Notes: a model not told the origin generated them from the sequence alone. A stretch of DNA of 64,000 bases from a virus (IMGVR_UViG_3300027852_000032:1-64000), one strand, 5' to 3'; positions 9,886 through 20,900 are shown, numbered from the stretch's first letter. Translations and numbers: made by a program.

Positions 9886-11658
9886 TTATACCTCCTCCAC
9901 GGCGTAAAAGTTATAAACCCCACCGTTTGCCCCACCGTAGAAAATTCGATACGTTTTGCTCCCCTGAACAAAGGTGCTTTCCGCTGTCAACGACTGCCCC
10001 CGCGCAACGAAGATACCATCTAATTGGGTGAGTAAAACGTCGTTTGCCTCCTCTTTTACGTAGACTGGCCATGTCATTAGTAACCCATCATACGTAGAAG
10101 CAACCGGCTGTATGTTGATATCACCCTGTTGGGGAGCCATAAACAATTCGTTATATTTATAAACACCACTTGTAGAACGCAAAAGCATATAAGTCCCAAG
10201 AGACGAAGAATTGTAACCTCTATGGACAGAATACCTATTCGAAGCGTAAAGGTAATCGTACACATCCCCTCGTTCTCCGATGGCCATGTTCGGCCTCGGA
10301 TAGCTGGACGGTGGATCTAAACGGTAAGCAAATCCAGTATACGCCGATGTGTAGCTTGAGTCCGAGCATCTCGCGACCATAAAAATCCTCTGTTTATTAG
10401 CGTATAGCCACATAGGAAGAATCGAATCGGAAAACGGAGCTGTAGGCAACTTCGAAAAACATTGGTTACTTGTGTCATATGTCCCCATACCAAACCCATC
10501 GAGATTCACATGCCAAAGTGTTAATGGATCGCTGTGGTAAACATTTAACGCCCACCCCCACTTTGACGTAGAGGTATTCTTCCACTCCCTTATACCTATA
10601 AGTATTTCTTCTACCCCTGAAATCCCTGTACTTTTCAAAACACAAGCACGTGTTTCGTCTCCGTGAGTAGTTTCTACATTAGATATGTTTCTCGCATTAT
10701 CCCACAACCTGACTTCCCAATCGCCCCTGTCAGGATCTGTTACATACTCTTTATAGTTCATTACCAATGTGGTACCTGTTGCAGGGGCTGCATCAAACTC
10801 CAAAGACCATGTACCATCCTTTGCTACGGAACCGGCAGTCACCCCAGTTCCAGTAATAACACCGTCAGCATCAGCGTAAGCTACGTACTGATTGGCCCAA
10901 AGATCATGGCCTTTGGTCACTACAAAATCGTCAACTGTCACAGATACTCCAGAATCAATTGCCCGATGAAGCTCAATATCAACAGTAACTTCACGCCCAT
11001 TACGCAAAGGGAAACTCCCTACAAGCGTATAGGAGCCCGCTCCATCTTTTCCATAAAATTCAACAACAGTGTTTATTCTTTTTAATTTCAACCCACCATA
11101 AGCTGAAGTACGAGCAGAGGCAACGATAGATGACAGGTTATCACTGAAATTAGACTGACCAAAAAACTTAGCGCCGTCGTAGACCCCGGCATAACATTCC
11201 ACGTAATTATCCGCATCAACTGAGAACCGTAGACCTACACCATCGGCGTCATCTGCCAACCCCGATAGGCTGCTGAAATCGAAAGATATTTCACAATCAT
11301 CAAGGACTCTAAAGTTACTGGATAACACAACGGAATCTGCGGAACCAGTAGCAGCTATCGCTAATGCTAAATCTCCCGCAGCAGATGAAGAACCATCCGT
11401 CCCGTTGTCAACTGTCCATCTCGTAGTATTCAGCGTCGCAAAATCATCATCAGCCGAAGCAGGTGAAACTGTGGTCCCGTGAATTACAGCAGCTCCATAC
11501 CGGTGCACACTTGTGTTAGACAAAGTTCCAGAGAAGCCGGTCTCACTACTGTCTGGTGTTCCAAGTGACTCCCCTTCCACTACAGTACCCGTAGCATAAT
11601 CAACTAAGGCATCCAAAGCGCCACAAAAATCAAAAGCTGTTTTGGTTGTGAATGACAT
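9886..11658 (-). CDS. Virion structural protein (tail), Gly/Ser/Thr-rich, possible lectin-like insert
   Basis: 590-aa ORF coupled to the tape measure stop; beta-rich composition. Confidence 0.6.
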   Translation of the reverse strand: MSFTTKTAFDFCGALDALVDYATGTVVEGESLGTPDSSETGFSGTLSNTSVHRYGAAVIHGTTVSPASADDDFATLNTTRWTVDNGTDGSSSAAGDLALAIAATGSADSVVLSSNFRVLDDCEISFDFSSLSGLADDADGVGLRFSVDADNYVECYAGVYDGAKFFGQSNFSDNLSSIVASARTSAYGGLKLKRINTVVEFYGKDGAGSYTLVGSFPLRNGREVTVDIELHRAIDSGVSVTVDDFVVTKGHDLWANQYVAYADADGVITGTGVTAGSVAKDGTWSLEFDAAPATGTTLVMNYKEYVTDPDRGDWEVRLWDNARNISNVETTHGDETRACVLKSTGISGVEEILIGIREWKNTSTSKWGWALNVYHSDPLTLWHVNLDGFGMGTYDTSNQCFSKLPTAPFSDSILPMWLYANKQRIFMVARCSDSSYTSAYTGFAYRLDPPSSYPRPNMAIGERGDVYDYLYASNRYSVHRGYNSSSLGTYMLLRSTSGVYKYNELFMAPQQGDINIQPVASTYDGLLMTWPVYVKEEANDVLLTQLDGIFVARGQSLTAESTFVQGSKTYRIFYGGANGGVYNFYAVEEV

Positions 11659-14600
11659 TACGCAAGCGCTCCTTTGTTCTCTCTCATGATATTTACGATT
11701 AGTTTTTCACCCTCTCTTGTGCTAAGGTAACTCTTTGTCATCGCGGGGTCAAGAACATTTACTATTTTTGTTCCCCCTTGGCTTGGAGCGGGGCTAATTC
11801 TATCGGCTATCTTATCCATGGCTTTGTCCATGCTACTCCCCAAACCCTCAATCCGTGCGGGGATTGATCTACCGTCCGGAAGGGGGACAATCGCTTCTGG
11901 ATATTGGCCTTCCCCTATAAGACCGACTGTCGGCTTGCTTATATTTGTAGCGCCTGAAGCAAACCCCTGTAGAGGTTGAAAATGCCCATCCCATATTGCA
12001 CCGTTTGCTGCAGCAGAGCTACTGAGTACAGAAGCTCCTATAGATACCAGGCTCCCAACCCAACCACTACCGCCCTCTGTACCGCCGCTGTCACTACCCA
12101 ACGCAGCTTTCATGACCTTAACCATAGTCAGGTGGATCATCATCTGCGCTGCATCAGCAATAATAGATTGGAGTAGGGAATTGAAATCCATCTTTCCAGT
12201 GGCGACGAACTCAGAAAGAGACTCTGTCATCTTCTCAAAAGAGGAGGAAGCGAACTCGGAGGCCTGAGAAAAAACATCCGAGGCATTTTCTAAGTAACTG
12301 TTTACTCCGTTATCAAGACCACCCCAAAAATCCTTACTGGCCTCGGCTTGCTGCTCAAAACTCTTCTCTGCATTTTCTGTTATCTTAGCATACGCCTGGT
12401 CTACCTTTTCCACCGCAGCATCTAACTCTTTACCTTCGTATATGCTACCAAGCTCGGCCTTTTTCTGATCCCTTTCTAAGTTTATACCTCTTAGCTCTCT
12501 GCTTTGGTCTTGCTTCTTCGGGGCTTGAGTTCGAATGGACAGATCAAACTCAACATCAGTCATTTTTTCGTTTGAAGCTTTGACTATTTTTTCCAGTTCC
12601 TTGCGCAACCCCTCGGCTCTACCTATATCTTCTAAACTAATCAGTTCATTGAAAACCTCACGCTTTGCTTCTACCGCAGCCAAAGAAGCGACGACACCGG
12701 AAATACTGTCATCCATCTGACGAAGCTGAGTATCAGTTTTCTCGACCCCAGGAATCTTCAGCATCTCGGCACGTTTGTCTTTTAGCCGACCCACTTGCTT
12801 GGTAAGAGCTACTTCCTCCGCGTCGAACTCTTCTTCCTGAAGCTTCCTTTTTTCGTCTATGAACTCAGATTCAGCAATCAAACCGGCTTTTTTCTTGGCC
12901 TCAAGCAAGCGTCCTTCCTGCTTAATTGAGGCCATTGTCAAAGTCTTTTCCCTGTCTATTTGGCTTTTACGTAGGTCAAGAGATGTCGCAATATATTCCT
13001 TTTGCTTTGTTACATCCGTAACAATCTTATCAGAAAGACGCAGTGTAGTCAGCTGGCTAAATCTCTTTTGTGCAATGTTTAACTGAGAGTTAAGAGAAGC
13101 GACCTCGTCCCTCGCTTTTTCCGCGGCTCCTTCTGCGCCTGGTACAGCTAAATCCTGTCCAGCATGGATCTCTGCCTCGTTGAATATTTCAACTGCGGCA
13201 TCCCTCTCCATGGTTAGAAGATCAATGTTGTCTCTAACCGCTTGGCGTTTTATCTGATAAACCTTATCCTTGTAATCTTCCTCGGCAATCTGCTTGGACT
13301 TATGCAGGTCTCCCAACATCTGCAGTTCAAAAGAATCCTGTTCTTTCTTCTCATTCTGTAGCAGCTTAGCCTCAGTTATCGCATCCAAATCACCTACTCT
13401 GTAAGCCTTGGCCATTGCAGCTTTTGTTTTCTTGACCGCGGATTCAGCAGCCTCCTGCTCGGCTTTCCAGGCTCCGGGATCACTCAGCATCCTCGCTTTT
13501 TCTGCACGTAATTCCCTGAACTCTTTTTTTAAAGAAAAAGCCGCCTCTCTGCTTCGCTTAAAATTTTCAACCATTTCAGAGTTATTCGGGTGTTTCTTTA
13601 CATTCTTTGCCAACTCTAATGTTTGCTCGTTTAAATCCGCTAACGTTTCAGTAACCTTGGCTATTTTCTTATCAAACGGAGCAGCCATTACAGCAACTTC
13701 TAAACTACCGTAAACACTTTCTAATCTGGTAACATCTTGAGCTTCCTGCAAAAGTGCTTTACTTTGCGGCGTACCGAACCAACCTTTAGTCCAGTCCTGT
13801 CCCTGCCTGGGGTTTTTTCCTAATGTACCGGCCTTCTGCTTTTCATAAAGCTCTGCTGCATTTAAAGAAGCCAGCACAGTTTCGTCAACGTCGACAATAA
13901 CATCTTTTAGACCCACATAAATATTTTCTATCGTTTTGGCAACAACTGCGGGGGCTGAAAATAAATCCACAAGATCCTCTGCTGCACCCATTAAAAATCC
14001 AGAAAGCCCGGAAAGACCCCTTGACAGCGTTTCAACTGTTCCACTATCAGCGAGATCCCTGAGAGAAAGGATAAGGCTTTTTAAATCTTCGGTCCCAGTT
14101 CCTTTTATTGCCGCTTTTTGCCAAGCAGCTTTAGTTTCATCCCAGAGAATCTTGTTAGTTTTAGCGAGATCCTTGTACATACTTGCTACAAATGATCCTT
14201 CTTTTTGAATCTCCTTGAGAATCTCAGCCCTCTTAGCTAAAGAAAAATTCCCCAACTGCATCTGTTCGTCGATTCTTTTTAGATCATCGATGCTAATGGC
14301 CGTGAGCATGGAACCCGCCGAAGCAGCGCGAAGAGAAAATACGCTGGTCAGAACTTTCATCCTATCTGAATCAGGAAGGTCTTTTATTGTAGCTGAGAAA
14401 TTGGAAAACAATTCTGTTAGCGTAAGCAAGCTTCCATCTTTAGCGAACAAACCGAAATCTATGTGCATGTCTTTAAAAAGCTTTCTGGTTTTTCTCGTTG
14501 GGTTTTGTAGCTGTCTTATCGCGGTTCTAAGGGACGTTGCTGCTTTAGTCCCCTTAATACCCATATCACTCATAATACCAAGACCAGCAGCAATCTCAAC

Positions 14601-16211
14601 AAATGAAGCTCCCGATAACTTAGCAAGCTCAGATGTATATTTGAACTGGCTCAACATCTCTTTGATATCAAGTGTTGCATCCAGAGAAGCATAGCCAATA
14701 ATATTTGCTGCATCTGCTAATGATCGCAACCCCCGATCTGTGCCCACCATTTCAACAGACCAAGCCCTGTACTGAGACATAAGCGCGGAGGTAACTTCGC
14801 CCAGGCCTTCTTCCGCAACTGTCGCTAATTGCGCAATTGTCTTGACTTCTTCCAGTGCTGTTGACGCATCGAAACCAGCTTTCATTAAGACCTTAACACT
14901 ATCTGCCAACTCGTTTGGACCTTGAGCCACCCCACCTATTGCTAAGATACCGTCATACAGATTTCCATAGGTCGCAGTGGTATCCTTGGTCGCTTTCCCC
15001 AAAGAAACCATATATTCAAGTTGGTATTCAAATGAGGACGCCGACTTTAACCCTTTTACAGCAGAGGTAACAGCAGCAAAAGTAGCCAACATAGGTAACA
15101 TCGAACCGTAGGTTAACCATAATGCGCCCAAACCTCCGGAAACACCTCTAAGAGCACTGGTAAACTTATTCGCAGAGAACGCAGCCTGATTTGTTGACGC
15201 AGTAAACACCTTCTGCGCCGTTATCGTTTTGTACTCTTCCTTCGTTATAAGCCCTAACCTCCGTGCTTGCGTGGCCAGAGCCTTGTTATTTGCGTGTATA
15301 GCTGCTAACTTCTTATCAGAGCTGCTGATCCCCAGTGCTTTAATCCGTACTCCCTCAGCAAGCGCCCGATTACGTGTCTCTAACGCCGCTGCTTCCGCCC
15401 TCGCATTCGTAACAGAATCAAGACTCGCAGGGGTTAACTTAGTCCTTTTCTCGATTCTGGTTGCTCCTAATTGTGCAGCCATATTAGAACGTAAAGAAAC
15501 AGTACTCTCTTGTTCAGCTATAGCAAGTTTAGTATAGCTTGCAGCCAGGACATCTACCGCAGGGATTTCTTTCTGAATTCCAGCGATGTCAGCGTAACGA
15601 GCTTCACTTATCAGCCCTTTTTCAAGAAGAAGTCCGGCAGCCGCGACGGTTTCGGCCTTCATCGAAGCAATAAGTGCACTCTTAGAAGCCGCTTCTACAG
15701 TGGCAAGCTCAACTTGAACTGCCATTTCTTTATTGAGAAGATTTGTAACTCCGATTAAAGCCTGATCTGTAACAAGCTGCTGCCTTTTAACTGCGGAAAG
15801 CGTCTCCATTGAGATCAGCAATTCTTTCGCCGATGCCTTTTGTTTAGCGTGGGCGGCATTCACTTTCTCAACCTGGGCGCTACTTCCAGACAGTGCTTTT
15901 GCATACGCGGAGAAACTGGAGGTTAGCACATTGAGGACAGCTTTATTTTTTGCCAGACTACCTGTAAGGTTGGCAACATCTTGCGAAGTTTTGACACTTT
16001 TTACAGAAAGGCTATTGAGGTTCACCTGCATACTCGCTGCAGATAAACTTGCTTCTTTAGCTTCTTTATCCAGAGCAGCTACTTGAGCAGTCAGCTTAGA
16101 CAGATCGGCTTTTGTTGGTCTGGAGAGTACAGACTCAATGCGATCAAGGAGGGTTTCAATTTTTTGAAGGTCTCCATCCTCCGCTTTTATCGTCAGGAGT
16201 AATCCGCTCAT
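11658..16211 (-). CDS. Tail tape measure protein
   Basis: 1517 aa, Ala/Leu-rich helical; TP901-like core (GIKGTKAATSLR); C-terminal GEGQYPEAIVPL; follows the chaperones. Confidence 0.93.
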   Translation of the reverse strand: MSGLLLTIKAEDGDLQKIETLLDRIESVLSRPTKADLSKLTAQVAALDKEAKEASLSAASMQVNLNSLSVKSVKTSQDVANLTGSLAKNKAVLNVLTSSFSAYAKALSGSSAQVEKVNAAHAKQKASAKELLISMETLSAVKRQQLVTDQALIGVTNLLNKEMAVQVELATVEAASKSALIASMKAETVAAAGLLLEKGLISEARYADIAGIQKEIPAVDVLAASYTKLAIAEQESTVSLRSNMAAQLGATRIEKRTKLTPASLDSVTNARAEAAALETRNRALAEGVRIKALGISSSDKKLAAIHANNKALATQARRLGLITKEEYKTITAQKVFTASTNQAAFSANKFTSALRGVSGGLGALWLTYGSMLPMLATFAAVTSAVKGLKSASSFEYQLEYMVSLGKATKDTTATYGNLYDGILAIGGVAQGPNELADSVKVLMKAGFDASTALEEVKTIAQLATVAEEGLGEVTSALMSQYRAWSVEMVGTDRGLRSLADAANIIGYASLDATLDIKEMLSQFKYTSELAKLSGASFVEIAAGLGIMSDMGIKGTKAATSLRTAIRQLQNPTRKTRKLFKDMHIDFGLFAKDGSLLTLTELFSNFSATIKDLPDSDRMKVLTSVFSLRAASAGSMLTAISIDDLKRIDEQMQLGNFSLAKRAEILKEIQKEGSFVASMYKDLAKTNKILWDETKAAWQKAAIKGTGTEDLKSLILSLRDLADSGTVETLSRGLSGLSGFLMGAAEDLVDLFSAPAVVAKTIENIYVGLKDVIVDVDETVLASLNAAELYEKQKAGTLGKNPRQGQDWTKGWFGTPQSKALLQEAQDVTRLESVYGSLEVAVMAAPFDKKIAKVTETLADLNEQTLELAKNVKKHPNNSEMVENFKRSREAAFSLKKEFRELRAEKARMLSDPGAWKAEQEAAESAVKKTKAAMAKAYRVGDLDAITEAKLLQNEKKEQDSFELQMLGDLHKSKQIAEEDYKDKVYQIKRQAVRDNIDLLTMERDAAVEIFNEAEIHAGQDLAVPGAEGAAEKARDEVASLNSQLNIAQKRFSQLTTLRLSDKIVTDVTKQKEYIATSLDLRKSQIDREKTLTMASIKQEGRLLEAKKKAGLIAESEFIDEKRKLQEEEFDAEEVALTKQVGRLKDKRAEMLKIPGVEKTDTQLRQMDDSISGVVASLAAVEAKREVFNELISLEDIGRAEGLRKELEKIVKASNEKMTDVEFDLSIRTQAPKKQDQSRELRGINLERDQKKAELGSIYEGKELDAAVEKVDQAYAKITENAEKSFEQQAEASKDFWGGLDNGVNSYLENASDVFSQASEFASSSFEKMTESLSEFVATGKMDFNSLLQSIIADAAQMMIHLTMVKVMKAALGSDSGGTEGGSGWVGSLVSIGASVLSSSAAANGAIWDGHFQPLQGFASGATNISKPTVGLIGEGQYPEAIVPLPDGRSIPARIEGLGSSMDKAMDKIADRISPAPSQGGTKIVNVLDPAMTKSYLSTREGEKLIVNIMRENKGALA

Positions 16212-16561
16212 GATAGGTTTCCCTCACTCTTTTGCTTTTTAAAGAAGTTGGCTAAGTAAACGTCATCCATTGCTGCTACAAACCTGAGTAGTCTCGAAAA
16301 GTAGCGTGGACCGTGGACAAAGTCTAATCTAGCATATGATTCAATTTGGGGAATACTCAGAGGCTGTGGTCCAGTGTATGCGAACTGCCTTCTTTTATGC
16401 AGCATAGAAAAAGCAGACCAATATGTTACTAATCTCGGGGGGATAACTGGACGCCCTTTTTCAGCCGACGGGCCAAGTTTCTTCCCTCTCTTTTTTAACT
16501 CAGAAAAGAAGGAAGATGACTCTCCCCACGACAGATCGTAAGCCAAGGCCTCTGTTAGTTT
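16208..16561 (-). CDS. Tail assembly chaperone, frameshift extension (gpT-like)
   Basis: Open -1 frame entered at A AAA AAC (16564-16558); W.AF..L...R.....GPQPL...I..Y...MD..YL motif. Confidence 0.75.
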   Translation of the reverse strand, partial: KLTEALAYDLSWGESSSFFSELKKRGKKLGPSAEKGRPVIPPRLVTYWSAFSMLHKRRQFAYTGPQPLSIPQIESYARLDFVHGPRYFSRLLRFVAAMDDVYLANFFKKQKSEGNLS

Positions 16562-16956
16562 TTTTCGTCCCTATCCTCCAACTCAACCTTATAATTGGCT
16601 ATATCAGAAGCATGTTCCATAACCATTTTGCGGAAATCCTTGTGACTTAAGATCATAACAGCGTTTTCAGTGTTGTATTCCAACTGCTTTCCCTTGTAAG
16701 ATAAGTTTTTCCACCCAAGAAGAATTGTTCCCGCCAGAATTTTGATTAAGATATCTTTATCTGCCTTTTCGTAAGCCTCAGCTGATAAACCCTGAGAACG
16801 TATAGCGAACGCATCGGCCTCTTCCTGAACCAACTTGAGATAGTTATCGTTATCCCTTCGGGCAACTAAAAGACTTGCGCCTCCGCCGAGATCAACAGTA
16901 ATACCCTCAGTTTCTTTTCTCTCATCCGTGGCGAACTCGCTAAATATATCTAACAT
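16555..16956 (-). CDS. Tail assembly chaperone (gpG-like)
   Basis: Likely start MLDIFSEF at 16956; ILLGWKNL motif; ends GAA AAA AAC TAA; lies between tube and tape measure. Confidence 0.8.
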   Translation of the reverse strand: MLDIFSEFATDERKETEGITVDLGGGASLLVARRDNDNYLKLVQEEADAFAIRSQGLSAEAYEKADKDILIKILAGTILLGWKNLSYKGKQLEYNTENAVMILSHKDFRKMVMEHASDIANYKVELEDRDEKN

Positions 16957-17039
16957 AATAAACAGAATCCTTTTAATTGTGTGGCTTCGGTTCTTTCTTT
17001 CAAAGAACACTAAAGCCACCATGTTAAGTCATTGAGCTA

Positions 17040-18218
17040 TTAAGCAGGAGCAGTACCGAATCTATCGATATAGACAACCTTATCTGTAGCCCCAGGAGCA
17101 ATAGCCTTGAAATCTGTAGAAAGCATAACATCGGCATCTTTGCCAGAAGCCTGTATTGTGGGTATCCCGAGTTTACACTTATTGAATACAAAAGCGTACC
17201 CATTCCCCAACACATCCTGGACAGGAAACTCAATTGATACAGTCGTGTTTGCTAATGCCTTATCGTAAATATCCCCGTCGTTTAGATAAATCTCTAATGT
17301 CCCCTCTACAGCATACGTACTCCGACCGATTCCTACATTCCCCAAAACACTTAATCCTGCCTGCCCCCTTAGTTTTGCGTCAATCGATACGTTCGCAGAT
17401 TTTACGAATGTGTTCGCAAGAGGATCTCCATCAAGCAGTATGTTACCAACACCTGTTACAGCGTTCATGATGCCGTAAGCATTCGCAGCATCAGCAGCGC
17501 CACCAAAATGGGTAGCGTCACTCCTCAAGGCATCAGAGCCCATAAAGTCAAGACTACCTGTTAAAAGCGCACCTGTAGCCAGCGACAGTGACAGCTTGGA
17601 AGCCGCCATTCCCCTGTAGGCAAAAAACTGTGAAACATCGGAAAAATTCTTCTGAACAGTGAATGTCTTTAGTGCTGCAGATCCCAAAGTCAATCTGGAG
17701 CCAGTGATACTGTAAGTCGTGTCAGTTTCGTCAACAACTGGATAATCAGTATCAAAGGTAAGAACATCCGATGTGGCAGTGGCAATCCTGAAAACTCCCA
17801 GATTCAGCTCTGTTCCGTCACCAATAAAAGAAACCCACTGGCCGTCAACAAAATCATCGAAATCACCCGCTGTACCCGTTGCGGTATTCCCGGCCTCTGC
17901 AAAAGTTACAGTTGCCAAGGCCACAACGCCATCTGTACCCGCCTCTGTGTAGGTATTGGCGAGTAAGGCCTCAAAAAAAGGATCATACTCTCTGTACTGG
18001 AGCTCAAGGTTTACCCCTCCCTGGGCGGTCGCACCGACGGGGACCAGATCAGAAACCTGCATTGTAGAATTAATCTCTTTGGACTCTTCTAACGTAATAT
18101 CGTAAGCAAGAGACTCTCCTGTCATTCTTAAATTTTTAGGCGTACCTACTGAATCGATAACCCCGAAGGTCGCCTCTTCCAGGTACGATAACTGAGTTGA
18201 ACTTGTGCCTGCCAGCAT
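17040..18218 (-). CDS. Major tail tube protein
   Basis: E.TFG......LR.TGESL.....ES.EI N-terminus; position. Confidence 0.85.
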   Translation of the reverse strand: MLAGTSSTQLSYLEEATFGVIDSVGTPKNLRMTGESLAYDITLEESKEINSTMQVSDLVPVGATAQGGVNLELQYREYDPFFEALLANTYTEAGTDGVVALATVTFAEAGNTATGTAGDFDDFVDGQWVSFIGDGTELNLGVFRIATATSDVLTFDTDYPVVDETDTTYSITGSRLTLGSAALKTFTVQKNFSDVSQFFAYRGMAASKLSLSLATGALLTGSLDFMGSDALRSDATHFGGAADAANAYGIMNAVTGVGNILLDGDPLANTFVKSANVSIDAKLRGQAGLSVLGNVGIGRSTYAVEGTLEIYLNDGDIYDKALANTTVSIEFPVQDVLGNGYAFVFNKCKLGIPTIQASGKDADVMLSTDFKAIAPGATDKVVYIDRFGTAPA

Positions 18219-18238
18219 AACAATTTCCCCCTTTGCAA

Positions 18239-18655
18239 TTAAGTGATGGAATCAAACTGGAAAGGCACTGTGGTAAACCACGACTGCCACCCCACCGCTG
18301 GTTCCTGTTTTCTGCATGTAATCCCGTACAACCGAATCTCGCCAACAATTTGAATAGCAAATGCAGCTCGCACGACATCAAGCATATCAAACAAAGGCTT
18401 AGACCCCTTCCCGTTTCTGGCGTACAGATCAGTGTGAATCTCTCCGAATCCTCTCTGCAGAGGGTTGGTCCCGTTCATATCTCCTTGCTTAAAGCCAGAT
18501 AAGCCGACAGAAAATAGAGCAAAAGGCTCTACCTGTTGGAGTAAATCCGGCTCTTGAACACCCTCTCTAAACAACTCAGCCGTCCCCGCTTGAGCAGTCC
18601 ATACAGCCTCTATTCGGCTGCTTAAAATTACCCTTACTGAATCTGATGTTGTCAT
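18239..18655 (-). CDS. Tail terminator/completion protein
   Basis: Size, position before the tube gene, C-terminal GWQ....VPFQFD. Confidence 0.6.
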   Translation of the reverse strand: MTTSDSVRVILSSRIEAVWTAQAGTAELFREGVQEPDLLQQVEPFALFSVGLSGFKQGDMNGTNPLQRGFGEIHTDLYARNGKGSKPLFDMLDVVRAAFAIQIVGEIRLYGITCRKQEPAVGWQSWFTTVPFQFDSIT

Positions 18656-18656
18656 T

Positions 18657-19259
18657 TTATATCAATTCCATTATTCCAGAGTCTGATAGCTTAGCAATGA
18701 CAAGCTGCCGTTGCTGCGCCTCGCTTAATATAGCCATCCTTGAATTAAACCAACCAACAGTTCTCATTACCATATGCCCCGGCCTATTAACCCTTCTTAA
18801 ATAATTATTGGGGTTTTCCTCAAGCATCTCGACATAGGAACCTTCAAACAGATCTTCAGCATTATTACTCAAAAAAATAACTTTATCAAGAGCAATCTGT
18901 AGGACTTTATCGCTATTACGTTTTTTGGCTTCGTCAACAGCCGTTGGGTGAGCTTTGCATTTTATCTGTTTTGATAGCTTAGTTTCGGAAACCGGTCCGT
19001 CATCGTCAAAGATATCTGAGATGCCAACCCTATCGTCAATGAATAGACTACTCTTCGACATGTCCAACATGTTCACCCCAATATTCCACTGAGCTGCCGC
19101 ATGTCCTGTCCACTGCGGAGTTTCATCAACCAACATGTTAAAGGCCACAGTCACGTAACCCTTGAAAACATCGGTCATTTCCTTCCTAAGTTTGGCTTTT
19201 GTTACCTTAACCGCACGCTTAAACCTAAGTTTTTCAGCAGCTGAAACAGAAAAAAACAC
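18657..19259 (-). CDS. Neck protein (HK97 gp10-like)
   Basis: ETPQWTGHAAAQW motif (TP.DTG-like); position. Confidence 0.6.
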   Translation of the reverse strand: MFFSVSAAEKLRFKRAVKVTKAKLRKEMTDVFKGYVTVAFNMLVDETPQWTGHAAAQWNIGVNMLDMSKSSLFIDDRVGISDIFDDDGPVSETKLSKQIKCKAHPTAVDEAKKRNSDKVLQIALDKVIFLSNNAEDLFEGSYVEMLEENPNNYLRRVNRPGHMVMRTVGWFNSRMAILSEAQQRQLVIAKLSDSGIMELI

Positions 19260-19261
19260 GA

Positions 19262-20125
19262 TTATACCCTCCGTAAATGAAGCTCCCAGCTGGTCCCTGC
19301 GGCATCATCCTGTGCAGAAATAACTCGATAAGACGTCCCTTTGGCCGTGCAGATATCGGCTGGTTCCGGCTGAGCAACATCTGATTTCTTTACCGTAACT
19401 ATCCGATCACTGGCCTTATACTTTGCTGCGTCTAAATTGCTGAACCTATAGTTCGTCTGCACCAACTCAAGAATTGCAGGGAAATCTTCCGGTGTTCCTG
19501 CCGTTAAGGTGTCTGTATTGACATCGTATACCCCTTGTGCAGTATATGTTACATTTACAAGCGAGTCATCCCCCAACTCGCTGCAAACCGCAGCGTTAAA
19601 ACCAGCCTCTAAGCTTTCAACAGACTGGATTCTGTAGAGAATACCGGCTGAGGACAGTATTAGATTGTCTCTTGTTGACCGAGGTTCGGTAGGAGACATA
19701 TAAATATTACAGAAATTAAAAAATAGAGTGGACTCCATCTCGTCTTTATCAATCTTTCTCCAAACAGCATCCCCGTAGAAAGGAGTAACGGTACCCGGAA
19801 TCGGATCTGTTAAAAAATCAACAGCAGAAGCCTCCCGATAACTATCACCACAAGGGTGGATAACTACATTTTCTCGAACAGCATCCCCCTGGAAAAAATC
19901 AATGGCAACTCTTCCAGTTATAAACCTATCGTCGCCAACCCTTACGATACCTCTGTCCGGAAGGACAACCGTTGATGCCGAAATAAACTTTCTCCAGCTC
20001 GCCACACTGTCACGAACACTACCGTCATATGGGTTTGTCTGCCCTAAAAAGAGCAACTCGCCAGTATAACCGTCGTAAACTGGTAACTTTTTGTGAGATG
20101 AAACAATAGCCGCTAAGTCTACCAT
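19262..20125 (-). CDS. Head-tail joining/closure protein
   Basis: Position; C-terminal YRVIS....GTSWELHLRR. Confidence 0.5.
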   Translation of the reverse strand: MVDLAAIVSSHKKLPVYDGYTGELLFLGQTNPYDGSVRDSVASWRKFISASTVVLPDRGIVRVGDDRFITGRVAIDFFQGDAVRENVVIHPCGDSYREASAVDFLTDPIPGTVTPFYGDAVWRKIDKDEMESTLFFNFCNIYMSPTEPRSTRDNLILSSAGILYRIQSVESLEAGFNAAVCSELGDDSLVNVTYTAQGVYDVNTDTLTAGTPEDFPAILELVQTNYRFSNLDAAKYKASDRIVTVKKSDVAQPEPADICTAKGTSYRVISAQDDAAGTSWELHLRRV

Positions 20126-20132
20126 TAGTTAC

Positions 20133-20627
20133 CTATGTTCCTGTTATTGGGTCAGAAGATGGTGTCGACACCTGCAACACGTTCCTTGTGGTTGCTGCTG
20201 CTGACGTTACCGCATCCGGCAGATAATCTACATACGCGTCCAATAATGCTGCCCTTGCACGGTCATACTCCGTGTCAATCCTCGGGATGGCATTATCGAA
20301 CGATGTTGACGTATGCCTGAGAAACGATGCCTTTCCTTCTGTGGAAGACCGAACCGCAAATTGCGGAAGTGCTGCAAGACATACCTTAGCCACTGCATAA
20401 GTAGCAAAGAGACTCACAGCATCTGCAAAACGCGCTGCACCAGCGTCGGTATCAACAAGAGCATCAGCCGTAGCGTAATCCTCCACTATGGTCGCACAAA
20501 CACGGTACAGGTCTGCTTTTAATGCCAGTGTATAAAAATGATCGTTTAATACAACGTTCGGGAGTTCGTTAGCGCTAACCCCCAACAGAACCCGTACACT
20601 GTTTGGTGTGGTATAATCGCCTAACAT
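20133..20627 (-). CDS. Head-tail adaptor
   Basis: YTT..SVR.LLG N-terminus, helical; follows the capsid gene. Confidence 0.55.
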   Translation of the reverse strand: MLGDYTTPNSVRVLLGVSANELPNVVLNDHFYTLALKADLYRVCATIVEDYATADALVDTDAGAARFADAVSLFATYAVAKVCLAALPQFAVRSSTEGKASFLRHTSTSFDNAIPRIDTEYDRARAALLDAYVDYLPDAVTSAAATTRNVLQVSTPSSDPITGT

Positions 20628-20863
20628 TTTTGTATCAATCCCCGTTTAAGCTGGACATCTATCCACGATCCCAATTCAACCAAAACTCCGTGCCCATCCT
20701 CAGGAATCATAATGCCATCAAAAGGAGCATACATAGGTCGAATAACAGCCCTAACCCTGATAACCCCATCAGGAATCACCTCCGGTGCTGCTTCAACAGG
20801 AACCTCGACTACTGGTGCAGCTTCGATAACAGAAGCCGCACTATCTTTCTTTTTCTTCGACAT
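20621..20863 (-). CDS. Small hypothetical protein downstream of major capsid
   Basis: 80-aa ORF with GGAGG RBS. Confidence 0.6.
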   Translation of the reverse strand: MSKKKKDSAASVIEAAPVVEVPVEAAPEVIPDGVIRVRAVIRPMYAPFDGIMIPEDGHGVLVELGSWIDVQLKRGLIQKC

Positions 20864-20900
20864 AAAAATTTCCTCCGCTACATTCAGGATCGACCTTTAA

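Noticed and set aside
11976-15758. Numerous plus-strand ORFs opposite the tape measure gene (and similar antisense ORFs elsewhere, e.g. 44017..44844)
   Set aside because: Shadow ORFs of long genes; no RBS or motifs
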